A stretch of DNA of 64,000 nt from Phoronis australis. Lineage: Eukaryota > Animalia > Phoronida. The position numbers and the translations under genes are program-made. Location: the NCBI GenBank assembly GCA_002633005.1, contig NMRA01000631.1:64256-128255 (forward strand), read 5' to 3'. The stretch's first letter is position 1; each line of letters starts with the position of its first letter. The notes beneath the pieces were generated by a model that worked only from the letters and a program-made list of their open reading frames with translations, was not told the origin of the DNA and ran no database searches. Below are positions 1-32,000 of the stretch, one piece after another.

Positions 1-260
1 GCCTCGATTTCAGCAAATGGCTGATAGACGATGGCGAGAATTTGTAATTTTGTCAATATTCAATGAGAACTGCAAACTGTTACTCTTCTGGTAATCTTAG
101 TTTACTGTAAAACTTTGATAAAAAGTCAGCACTCAGGTATGTTACCATAAAGAATGCAGAACTCTTTATTCACAGAGTCCTGCTTTCCCTAAAATTCCAA
201 AATGTGTTCTATTTTAACTGAAATCAATGCCAACAGAGGTCATTAGTGTCAGACAAATAC

Positions 261-18502
<18,242 letters not shown>

Positions 18503-21060
18503 TTTCAAAACGGAAAACACGTTCCCGCGACAACGAGGACATCTGACGATGTTACTTGGTAATACCAGTCTCACTTAAACTGTGTGTGGCTCCATGGAAT
18601 ACAGACAACACGGGTGTTCGATATGCAATATTTGTAATATTGCACTAATTCATTTTTAGAAATAATAAATTTCCACTGAAAATGAAGAGTAGAAAAAAAT
18701 GGTACCCAATTATAAGGAACTTCCATAAAAAAGTCACCCTCCGTGTCTTTCATAGATCAGTTCCAGGAAGCACCACCTGCACTTATGTTGAATGCAGTTC
18801 CTTGAATGAACATACTCTTTCATAGGAATTAACAAGGACAGTACGAGCTGTTTTCTTAACCCCCACGCTAAGTTACATAAGCTTGAAAGGACAAGAAAAG
18901 ATGCCACGTGAAAGTAACCAAAATTTTGGTATCAAGCCCTGGCACCAAAGTGAAAACCTTTGTATGGGACTAAATCAGTCAAAATGACATCCTTTTGGGG
19001 ACAATTTTTGTTGAAAAATGCACTCTCCCCCTTATTTAGCTTGGTGTGAAGCTATCTGGCTGTCTATCTTAATTTGCAGAGACCATTCATGGAGATGAGT
19101 CAATTAAACCATCAAGATTGAAGCACATACAGTGCCTCATGACCCAATATGGGAGTAACCCCCCGGAACAGGTGGCACGAGACACCTTTCAATTTTTAAA
19201 TTACTGCAAGTCTCCCATGATAGTGAACAAAAACAACAAGACTTACATAAAATATTTATTAGGTTGTTTAATTTCTATAGTACAAAATAACCTTAAAAAA
19301 TCTTCAAACCATCTCGTATCAGAACAATGAAAACCAGTACCAGCAACCAGGTACATAGAACACTTTCTCAACATTACCCAGCTTCCATAAGATATTTGCT
19401 CAACAAATTCACTACTACATATATATTCCAATGTCAACCTTTTAAATGCTAAGCAAAATTTAGGAGGTACCATGACTACTTTCTGGCACAACCTGAGATT
19501 ACTTCTCTGTTGCTGCTATGGTAATGACTTTCAAAGTTTACTCAAGGCACGGTGAATGTCAGCTGATGATTTTTGCGGATGGAATTTGTGCTATGGACTG
19601 CAAATACAGCCCCCTTTTGCGAAAAAAAATTACTCAAACCCATCTCATGATGACAGAACAGAAAAGGAGCTGGTTATCTTCAGTGATTTAGTTGTTATAA
19701 AATACACAAAATCAGGTCTGCTTTTCATGTCAAGCCTTACACAACACCTTGACAAATTATGAATCAAGTGAAGCTCAAACATTGCTTTTGCAACTGGACG
19801 ACACGCTGAATTTGTATTAAAACTAGAAAGTTTGAAATTGTCCATTTTCAAAACAAAGTTATCAATTTATGAGACTATAAAACAACACCACCAACAAGCC
19901 CAGGTTGCATTTAGCCTTTTAACACTTCATTCTTAAAGTTGACAAAGGTTTAATAAACAAATCCAATGATGATATATTGTTCCATTTTAATCAAGTTATT
20001 CCAAGGATTTTGCATTAAGAGAAAATACACCTTCACTGATTCAAGAGTATGTTTTATTAATACAAAAAATTTCAATCAAGATCTCCAAGAAAAATCGGGA
20101 GAGGTACTAAAATACATCAGTTTCTAAAATTTTGTGTTGCAACACTGAAAAATGTCAGTAACACAGGTGTTTACAAAAGCTTTCATCAACAAGTTTCAAA
20201 AACCCGTGACGTTATACCCAGCAAAACATTCCGTTCACAAACTAGCTGAAAAAATAACACTAACACTTAAACATAGGTAAAAATTAAAACACAATATCTT
20301 TGAGGTCAACCAGCCCCTTTACTGTGCATTACTGGAACTCAGTTTGAGTCTATAATTAAACCTACATTCAGCCAAAAGAGTTTTTGTGCACTCACTTATG
20401 GTTAAAAACTGATATCTTTGCTCAGAATTGAAGTGTAAACATGGGATGACCTAAGTGGAGGAAATGCTTGGCGCATAAAATAAGCAGCAAGGTAAAGCAC
20501 ATGACACTCACACGACACTTGCAGCAAGAAATCAAGGCTTATAAAACCCTTAACAGCTTTTTGACAAAACACTCCCATAACACCGCTCCAGCCTCGCTAA
20601 CCAAGGCATCCATTTGCTAGAGTAAGCTACCATGCTTACTCTCAAAACACTAGTCTTATATTTAAGTGGACTTACTTTATTGGCAAGAAACTTGAACACA
20701 GCCCTGATTTCAAGCAATAATTCCTTACCAAGCACAAAACACTTCTCATCTGAGTAAAGATGAATTTGAGACTAACGTACATTAAGGCTAAGTGGTATTA
20801 ATCAAGTTGTTTTTTGATAGAAGATGGCTTCATAGCAGCTTATCAAATTACATATTTAACATTGTCACACATTTCATATTGTAATTATTTACAGAACAAA
20901 TGTCAGAGAGTATTCTTTTCATACAAGCTGTACAAAGTAGCATATGGTAAAGTCAGATTAAGGTGGACGGTCCACTTTAAACAGCAGACCTCTCAATGTC
21001 TTGCAATTCATTCATTCATTCAGCAATTGATGAACAGACAATTTTCCCAAAAGACCCAAT

Positions 21061-24000
21061 TCATATGAGACCTCTCAGTTTCTTGTAGTCTGCCAGATTG
21101 AGAGAACGCTTTGGAGCACCATCTTTGACCATGGGCGGTGGCTTAGGAACAGCAGACACGGGAGTAGCTGCAAAAGAATGTGCAGTAAAATGTGAACAAT
21201 TCCACATTAACCTTCATTCGACAAGTTGAATTATCCAAACTTATGCTCTCTAACTTTGCCTTACATTGTGAAATTTGAAAACACATGACACATAGCCTAT
21301 TGTCAGATCCCCATGCCTGTGAGCATGTTTTATGCTTATTCAGAGTTCGCTCACATTATTCATCAGTAATGGTTCGTATTAGCATGCAATGGTCTTTGCA
21401 TGATAATCTTTTGTAATAAGAACTATTCAAGCAAACAATTTACACTTGATGACACAGTTAAATTGCCATGATTATTTACTGCTTTCTCTTATTAGAAGAC
21501 ATTTGGTAACATGAACACATGTCAAACCTTGTACAAGTTGAAACATTGTGAATTAAGCCTGAACACTGCTACTTAGAACATGTAAAATGTTGAGGCTTCA
21601 ACTAATATTATAAAGAAATTGAACACATTCTTTTTTAACTTAAAAGTTGCCACGTGGCATGTAACTTACAGTGTTAGGGAATGTTATATTTTTATTTAAT
21701 TTAAAAAACAGCATGTTATACAATAAAAAGTATTATTCAGCCACATAATAAACAGTAAATTTGAAGCAGTTAGAAAAACTATATAATGAGCATGGAGTAA
21801 ACTTACTAGCAGCAGGGACGTCCAAGTTGATTTCAATGTTGAAGTCATGCACTGAGAATAGGTCCTCCGAGGGCCGCCTCTCTAAAGCCTTGGGCATTGA
21901 CGTCAAGTCAGTCATATCTTTACCAGCCATTGGTGTCTGAAAAGGGGCGAAGGGAGTCAACAAAACCACCAAACTACACTACAGACATGGCACACCTTGG
22001 TTTAGTTTCAAATTTCACGAGATAAGATGAGTGGATTTTTTAATCAAGTCTCCAATAAAATCAATAAAATTTACTCTTGGATCCAGACACTTCTGTGTCA
22101 TAGGCCAATGCTCATAAATGTTTCTAAATAGTCACTCTTTAAATTCGGGTTTTGCAAAATTGTTGTCTATTCAAAGTTAAGCTAAGAGTTTGAGTTCTGG
22201 ATTTCAGTACTTTTATCAATTACCACCTCTACGCACAAGTAAAACTGACATGTAACAGGCTTTGTTGCCACGAAGAATTTTAGACAAAAACACAAAGTCA
22301 AATGTCTGTTTGAAAATACCCCTCAAACAAACCAGGAATAGAGTTGACAATGTAGTGAACTCAGAAACAGTGAACAGAGAGGTGTATTCAAACAAAACGA
22401 ATAAGAATGAATCACTGTGCCAGTTGAGTTTACAATACAACAACAAATTTCCCTACAAAAACACTGAACTTTCACAAACACATGACTCAAGTTCTGTACA
22501 TCACTGTGTGAAACTAATAACAAGTTGTGACTACCAGAAAATGCTGAAAAAATGGAAATGCTGCCATGTTTTCATGAAGGTCACTGCTTATCTTACCTCT
22601 CTGGTTTGCGGAGTTGCAGGTGTAGAAGGTTGGGCCTAAATTGAAAATCAAGTAGAAATTATAACTTCAGTATCAATGCATTTCCAACTACCAAATTCAG
22701 GGGATTTCATCTATGATGCTGTTGTCCTGATGACATCTCAGATAACTTGGTGACATGTAAAAAACACAACATTTGTCATTTGAGCACACAGAAAAGAAAG
22801 CATTAGTCCAATGCAACATGATTTAGGTGCGAGTGCAGGTGAGCAGCCTTCATACAACACTAAAAGATTGAAACTGAGTCTCAAAGTGCATTGAATTAAA
22901 ATTTAGCATATCTTTTTTGCAAATGATTCTCAAGGCACACATTCAATAATGCAGAAGTTAAATCTCACCAATATCAATAGATGTTTACACGTCCACAAGT
23001 TATCAGTGATATCACAAGATGTTTACACGTCCACAAGTTATCAGTGATATCACAAGATTATTAACACGTCCACAAGTTATCAGTGATATCACAAGATGTT
23101 TACACATCCACAAGTTATTAGTGATATCACAAGACGTTTACACGTCCACAAGTTATCTGTGATATCACAAGATGTTTACACAACCACAAGTTATCAGTGA
23201 TATCACAAAATGTTTACAGCCCAGCAACCGTACCAGAATGTATTTGAAAAACAACAGCAACGCTGAACATGAAATCGTCCTGGGCCCGGTCTCCAATCTC
23301 CGTACTCAGACTCATACTGAAGATTTCATACTCAAAATCGTGCTCACTGGAGTCGTACTCGAAAAAGCGTATCTAATGTCGTATTTCGAGTAGACTCCAA
23401 ACGTACTCAAATCTGACACTCATACTCGAGTTGCTATGGAACTCTTTATGATGTGAAATGCAAAATCACGCAAAGCCGCGCTGATTCATCGGTCCCTATT
23501 GGAATAGACCACCCCAAGAACTAGGCCTACATTATCGTCTGCTGTCGCTACAACTACAAGAGTATGTCTATAACGTGGAATTCTGAGTGTTCTGTAACTG
23601 TTATTCATTTTTTAGTTTCAATAAATATTCTTATGCCATTTCTTTGATANTTTAACACGTCCACAAGTTATCAGTGATATCACAAGATGTTTACACGTCC
23701 ACAAGTTATTAGTGATATCACAAGACGTTTACACGTCCACAAGTTATCTGTGATATCACAATTAGATGTTTACACAACCACAAGTTATCAGTGATATCAC
23801 AAAATGTTTACAGCCCAGCAACCGTACCAGAATGTATTTGAAAAACAACAGCAACGCTGAACATGAAATCGTCCTGAATTAGTTATTACACTCATTCATT
23901 TCCATTAGATTGTATTCCATTAAAATTGAGAGGGAAATGAACACATTTAAAAGTTGTTAAAAGTCTCTTACAGGGGTCCTGTATTTTGAGAACTGGCGTG

Positions 24001-27000
24001 CGTTCAGTAGACGCTAGGACCTACGCTAGGACCTAGCCAAAAGCTAGTCAAGGTCACGTGCTCTTATTTGAAATACACGGTAATATCTCACGTAATCTCG
24101 CAAAGTCTTGCTTTTAAGCTAGGTCCTAGCGTTACTGAACGGGAGGCTGATTTCTTCACTGAACGACTGACATCAAACTGGTTATCAAAATACAGCACCC
24201 CTGTATATGACTACAGTGTAAAAGTCAACAGTATCACCAAAAGAACACAGGCAAAATCAATATGAACCTCTGATATAATTGATATCATAACTGCAGCGAA
24301 AAGAACCAGTCAATTGCACAAAATCCAAATTGTGAACTTCTGGTAAATTAACCATCATTCCGGTCGGGAAGGACAGATCAATGGTGAACCCTGACACGAT
24401 TGGTAATTCCATTTTGTTTGAACACTGTTGAGGTGTACTGTACATACCTTGGGTGTAGCCATCTGTTCAGCAGGCTTGGCCTCGTTTTCAGAACCAGATT
24501 TGGGCTCTCTGGCCTGCAACATAAAACCACGAAGTTCAAAATAGTTCATCTAGACTTTTTGACAAAACTCACTCGACATGCCAATTGACGATTAGAGGAC
24601 AGACAGTGCAAGATAATAGTCAGATACCCACTTGAGATCACTGAGCACTGTTGACTAAGACAAAAAGTTATGAGAGATTTTCATACAATTTCAAGAGCCA
24701 TCAAAGTCTGAAAACTGCACATCTAATATTTCATTCATGAGTAAGGAGTCTCCAGTGCATTTGCTAAGGTTTTTAATGATGATCAGAAGCACATATATGG
24801 CATCCATCAAGATTGACAGATGAATACTGTTCTTGCACTGTTGAAACTTAGCCCAAAGTAGGGCACAAATCGACCCAAAAATAATCTAAATTTATTGTTT
24901 TTTCATTAAAAAAGAGTGCAGGTGGTGTGATGTATTTTACATTACGCATGCCAAACAGCAGGGCCATTGCAAGAAAAACAGGAGATAAACTCAAGAGACC
25001 CCAGTTATTGATCAACAGGTTTTTAGCGAGAGAAGTTTTAAAGCGTGTCCGTATCTTTTAAGAAAATGACAGACTTTTTCATTTGTTGCCATGCACTATG
25101 TGTTGTCAGCATGTAATGGTGCCAATCACCAGCTTACTCCTTAGCCTCTAAAAAGCTAGGCAAGACTTTACCAGGTGTTTAGGGGTTTCAATGATAATAC
25201 CACTCTCAGGACACAGTGGGCAACCCATGTGCTCCGTTATGTGTCATTTTTGCACTTATCTCTAGTGAAGAAATTTAGCGTAACAATAGCTTTAATTTGC
25301 AAAAAAGTGTCTCTGGAGAAAAATTTGATTGTTATAGCTTATAAAAAATGGTTGTCACAGCTACACATCTAGTGGATAAGGGAACCATGTTGTTGCAGGT
25401 TCAATTCACTGCCTTGATGAACTGTTGCACATAAGAATTAAGACAGAACTTCTCTAAACCCCATGAAAGCATCTTTTCCCCCTTGAGTTTAGCCCTGGTC
25501 TCCGAGAGGAAAAAGGCAATAGTCGGATATAATGTGCCTATAATTTGAGAATCAATTTGATGCCTGTTATTAAGCGAAGAAAACTGGTTCTCTAAATTTG
25601 GGCACATTATATCCAACCATTACAGGGAAAAAAACAAGCGAGCTGGTCTTCAACATGACTGAATCCATATATGAACGGTATAAAATGGATGAATCAATCA
25701 AACTGCATAAAAGTGTTTATTTTTGTTTAACAAATTATAATTATCATTATTATCATCACTGCAATTCCACTACAAACCTTGGTGACCATGGTAGGCATAC
25801 ACTTGCGACGAGTAAATGGGTCAGCAGTGCGTGTCCTTGCCTCCTCCACTTCTGCCTTGCCAGCAATCTCGGCCTCAATGATGTTACGCTGACGGTTCCT
25901 CTGGTTAATGTAGCTGTAAGTGGAGTAAACACTGACTGAAAACAGAATACGATGCTGGTCGCATGTTACAATTAGTAGTTACTTCTGACCATTGTATATA
26001 GTGTAGCAAATATGAAACTGTTTGCAAAAAGGGTTTGTTAGACGACTTCTTGTAACGATTAAGTTTAATGGTAAGAACTCGGGAACATTTCATTTCAATT
26101 TCTAAATAACTACGGTCTGAGATACACAAAGGTAAAATTTCACGGATTGCGATAAATAGAACTTTTGCAAGAGATGTCCTTTTTTCCCTATCTAAGTAAT
26201 TCTAGCATGGTAGTGAACAATTACAAAACCTTACAAGATGGTAGCAGTGGTAGAGATCTTGATACTACTTAAGCACTAACTTGGTGCTACTTATCTGTCT
26301 TGGAAAGAATGAGAAAACTTCACTTAACTTCTCCTCGTCCCTTAAATTAGTGACATTTTACAGTAGAACATTTTTCAACCCATTTAACATTTTCAGGTAA
26401 GATCTATGAACAGCATAGTCAGGCTGAACATGGAGAACTTTGTAAACAGGAACCACAAACTTGCACACAGGTACAGCTGGATTATTTCAACTATTTGACA
26501 ATTATAGTACAGAAATCCCACAACAGGTCATAAACTTCATCAGGAATGATGGAGTGACAATACAGTTCACCTCAGTCCCCAGACATTACAGTTCACCTCA
26601 GTCCCCAGACATTACAGTTCACCTCAGTCCCCAGATATTACAGTTCACCTCAGTCCCCAGACATTACAGTACAGCACCTCATAACTTTTACTACCTCACT
26701 GAGCTGATGTTGCTTGTTCTCTTCTTATCCAATTCCGTTGCCCTGGTTTCAAGTTGGTCTAATTCCTGAGTTACTCTCGACAGTTTTTCATCGTTTCCTT
26801 CTAGCTCTGCCATTTCCTATTTGACAAAAAAATTTCAGATTATCAATCACAGGGTCGGAAATTGGGACTCAAGACACAATGGAAAGGGGACGGTTGTCCT
26901 GTCAACTTTCAACAGTAATCTGCAGTAAAAATTCTCAAGTTTGGGACAGTGAAAAATTAGCTACTTTGCTCAAGGTCCAAGCTTGTCCTAAAAGTTCTCA

Positions 27001-29007
27001 TATTCAAACAATTGCGACCTTGGGTTGTAAGAAAATGTTGCATCAGTGGCTATTTCCGACAATTCTACAAATGTTCAAATCCATTTTCAGATAATGTTGA
27101 TATAAAACGCAGCGTGCGATATTTGACAATTAGGATCCACATCAAAATCGCAAATATACAAATCTCCGGAATCAATAAAGTTCAGTCAAGTTCGACTTAA
27201 ATTTAGATGTTCTAAATTTTAGAGACTGTCCCACACTACAGAATTTTAATTGTAATTTATACTTATATCAACCGACCACAAATTCAACAGTAAGACTTTC
27301 TAAATGCATTATGAACCTACCTTCTCCTTTAACAGATGAGTCTTTTTCATGGCATAGTTATGAGGATTCTTTTTAAACCGCTGTTTTTCCTGAACAATCT
27401 GAAAAGCAGAGACCAATTAAAAGATATGTAGCAACAGCAATCTTTTTGATCATTTAAGATCTTATGTCTGACTACCAATTTATCCTGCCACTCTTGATAA
27501 AAAGTTAACTCTAAAGATGGTAGGCATGGCATCACTGCAAGACTAGATAGTTAGTGTACTACAAGCAGTGGCTACTTAAATGTAGCAAGGCATCACTCAC
27601 TTGGTTACTATTTACTTGACCGTTTAATTCAAATAATGTTCTTGATATTAAACATAATCATGACAGTGACAAATGGAAAACATATGAAATAAACTTTTCT
27701 AACATCCGCCATGGGAAGGTCTTTAAAAAGTCAACTTACCACATCAATATCTTTCTCATCAAATCTGTGTGTGAGCGCATTCTTGATGTCGGCCAACTTT
27801 TGGTCGATTTCCTCCACAGAGGGTAGCTGTAGTCCTCCAAGCATCATGGCCTCTTTCCACTTGAAGAACTCGGACTCGGTGAAGTCCTGGTTGGACACAA
27901 ACTCCAGTCTGTAGACACGCTCAGCATTGCCATGCCTACAGAAAGAGAATGGGGAGAACAGGTGTAATAAATGTTTTCAACTTTGAGCCCAAAAATTCTT
28001 GGTTCATTACAAAGTCTAGCCAGCACATACTGTGACCACTGATGTTATGAAGCCCAAGGATAGTGAGTGTTAGCTAATACAAGTCAAGTTTAGTATGGTC
28101 ACCTGAGATTATTCCAAAAATTATGTTTTTTTATTGTTGTTATATCTGGGAAACTGGCCCTTAATCACCAAATGGGAATGGTTTCTGAGCTTTCTCAATG
28201 GGGTATTGTGGTGGGGTTCATCTGTTATAAAAAATTTTTTTGAATCCCCATTTTAACAACTGAACCATAAAATTTTGAAATATTATTCAGAGGGGGACAA
28301 GTACAATATTTTGTCCCAAAACCTAGGCACAAGTCAGCACACCAGCCCTGCAACTCTGCAAGGTCAACTTTAATCAGGACTCACCTCAGCTTTAGCCCTT
28401 TGTTTGTCCTTGTTCCACCTAGTTGGTAAATCTTAGCAGTTTCACAAACATCTGTTATTTCAGCTACCTATTGGAGACAAGTTAACATGAAAGCAAACTT
28501 GAAACATTGCTCATCAAATTACTTGAGGATGTGTCGTTCAAATCAACATGATAAATGTAATTGGTTCGTGTCTAAACACAATTTAGCAGCAATTAATACC
28601 ACATACACCGACAGTTAATGATGTATTTTAGCGAGAACTCGTTAGGAAATGTCCACAGAAACACATATTGTTTAATATTTTCATATTTATCATAGAGAAG
28701 ACGCGAGGCAGACCCATCCAACAAATAAGTAGGGGTGTGCTGCAGATTAGGTCGGACTTTTACAAGTGCACAGTGAAGTCACAGTTGTTGAACTTTTCAT
28801 CCACTCTTACATAGACTAGAATACACCAACCTATTGACCTCTTACAGTTTCTCATATACATGTCAGGAATGAGCTGTGGGAAATGTGTACTCAACACTTA
28901 TCTTATGTTAATAAAATGCTTTCCACAATTCATCATTGTAGGGATGCCTAAAGAGCAACAAAAATGGACAATGGAGACTAACAAACAAACACACACGCAC
29001 ACGCACA

Positions 29008-29041
<34 letters not shown>

Positions 29042-32000
29042 NNNNNNNNNNNNNNNNNNNNNNNNNNNNNNNNNNNNNNNNNNNNNNNNNNNNNNNNNNN
29101 NNNNNNNNNNNNNNNNNNNNNNNNNNNNNNNNNNNNNNNNNNNNNNNNNNNNNNNNNNNNNNNNNNNNNNNNNNNNNNNNNNNNNNNNNNNNNNNNNNNN
29201 NNNNNNNNNNNNNNNNNNNNNNNNNNNNNNNNNNNNNNNNNNNNNNNNNNNNNNNNNNNNNNNNNNNNNNNNNNNNNNNNNNNNNNNNNNNNNNNNNNNN
29301 NNNNNNNNNNNNNNNNNNNNNNNNNNNNNNNNNNNNNNNNNNNNNNNNNNNNNNNNNNNNNNNNNNNNNNNNNNNNNNNNNNNNNNNNNNNNNNNNNNNN
29401 NNNNNNNNNNNNNNNCACACGAACACACACACACGCACATACATGAACACACACACGAACACACACACACACACGAACACACACATACACACACTCACAC
29501 ACACACAAATGTTACCATGAAGGCAGCCACACCTGTCAGACCTACCCTGTAGACTGCCTTGCCGTCATGGTTACCAATACCAATGCGTACATAGCAGCCC
29601 AACACCACATCTTTGAAGAAAGGCATGTGACACCACCTGCAATAGACAGAACCATTTTAATTGCGAAATCATCCAAAATATGAACCTTGCTTCCTCAGAT
29701 TATTTACAGCATGATAAAAGACTTGGCCTTTATACAAGTGGACCAATCTGAACGCGGAGGACTACTCGTGAAAATTAACCCTTCTGAAATGAGCATTGAG
29801 TTTGTACAAATATTGTAGATTTTGCTTCTGCCAAAACATCACAAGCTGTATTTTTCATGAGATGGCTTAATGGCAAATGATAAATATCCTTGCAGATGCT
29901 TCACACAGACAGGCGCCACAATGAAAAAAATTTACGGTTTGCAGGGTTCCCCAAAATGAACAGTGTCAGAAAGGCTTTATAAAAACATAACATTGTTTAT
30001 TTCAGCACATTTTTCGCTTATCCATGAAATAATCTTAACTAATGGTACCATAAACACGGTACCATTGGTACCATAAACTTTCTTAACAACACACATTGAT
30101 CCTAATTCCATTTACATGTCACAGGCACATTTCCTATTTATAGGCCCTGTTTCCGAAAGTATGCCTGGATGCCTGGACTTCTAGTAGGGAGATTATTAGA
30201 AAGGTGAAAAATACGCCACTTTCCCAATACATCCAGTGAGGCTCACTGTCAGAAAATGAAAAACTGGGTACAGATACGGCTACTACATACATGGTTCGAT
30301 TCTTCACTACTTACATCAAAGCTTATTTTCTCAGTGTTCAAATTGAGATAAGCATTTAATTTACCTTTAAAGTCAAGATCCTCTAATCAAAATCCAAGCA
30401 TTTACATATTCAAACAATTAGACCTCTTAACATAACTACTAGATGTGAACAAATGGAAAGAAGTAACAGTAATGAAAACTACAAATCACATGATAGGATG
30501 TAAATATATACTTAACCACTTAACTTTGAAACATCTTAGCCAAAAATACCGAAAAACTGGAACCGGGAGTTCTACAGCTTCTGAAATATTTACCTTTCTA
30601 ATTTGTGACGGGACAGTCGGATTTTTGACAACTCTCCTTGGTTGGATATGACAGCACTTTTTTTCTGTGCAGGCTCTTCGCTGTCCGAATCAGACCTGAA
30701 TTTAAAGAGCAAAACGGGCATGCAGGGTTCATCACGTGTTTTTGAATTTTAATACACCAAACATGTATCCTGGCTAACATAGCTTGTCCAGCGTTCATCA
30801 TGTATCTTATCTAATTTAAGACATCAAACATGTATCCCGCTAAACACATCATGATGCCTTAAGTGATAAGAAATAAGCAATTTTCAATTAAATCCACCCA
30901 CAACTTTTCAAAACATAATTATCAAGTTTATCAAGCAGTGCAGGGCTAATGTGCCTCACTTATTTGAGTGGTGAACTCTAAATCAAAAGGTCGTGGGGTT
31001 CAATACCTACCTACTACAGTCATGTGGTTGTATCTTTGAACAAGGAAATGAACTTGTATTACTCCAGCCAACTCAGTTGTACAGAATGTCTAATGACCAT
31101 CAACTATGTCAGCCATGGCTGCGATGGACTAGGGTTCTGTCCAGGGGGAGTTGAAAAACTCTCAAAGTTTGCAACTAGAAAAATGATCCTGGTGGTTTGG
31201 GAAGGACTTTTTTACTTATTCAGAAACCTGCCACAGATTTTAGCTATAATTTAAAAAAGGAGCATTGCCTCTCAAAGGGTTGTCATCATACAATACAAAA
31301 ACCTTCAAAACGATGGCGATACATAGCGCAACACTAAGCAGGACGCCAACATGCCATGCTCAGTGGCTGCATGCCATGCTCAGTGGTTGCATGCCACGCC
31401 CAGTGGCTGCATGCCATGCTCAGTGGCTGCATGCCACACCCAGTGGCTGCATGCCATGCTTAGTGAGTGGCTGCATGCCATGCTCAGTGGCTGAATGACA
31501 TGCTCAGTGGCTGCATGCCACGCCCAGTGGCTGCATGTCATGCTCAATGGCTGCATGCCATGCTCAGTCACTGCCTACCTGTAGGATGATTTACTGCTGG
31601 CCTCTGAATCTGACTTCTTAGACTCCTCATCACTGGAGCTGCTGCTATCATCATCTGAATAGACCTCGTCTGCTTTTAGTTTTGTTTGCTTCTCTTGTTG
31701 AATTTCGGCTGAAATATCACAGACCAAACAAAAGTGATAACAAAATTAGTAAAAAATAATGTCTGCATTACAAAATCACAGTATTTGCTAAACCTTAAGT
31801 CTAGGTTTTCAATCAAAACTGACTGACGAAAACACAACACGCTCATTTTTTCATAATAGTAATGAACACCAAGAAAACAAAACTATTTTGGAATCAAACC
31901 TCATTTCAAAGATTACATACCGCCCCAATTCATTTTCCCCAATTCAACATTATTCATACTAACTTCAATCGCCTTTTTACAAATTCTTCAAACCAACTCA

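Noticed and set aside
22980-23220. CRISPR-like 38-bp repeats
   Set aside because: No spacers, eukaryotic intron; ordinary minisatellite.
28860-29552. His/Thr- or Cys/Val-rich ORFs
   Set aside because: CA microsatellite plus N gap.
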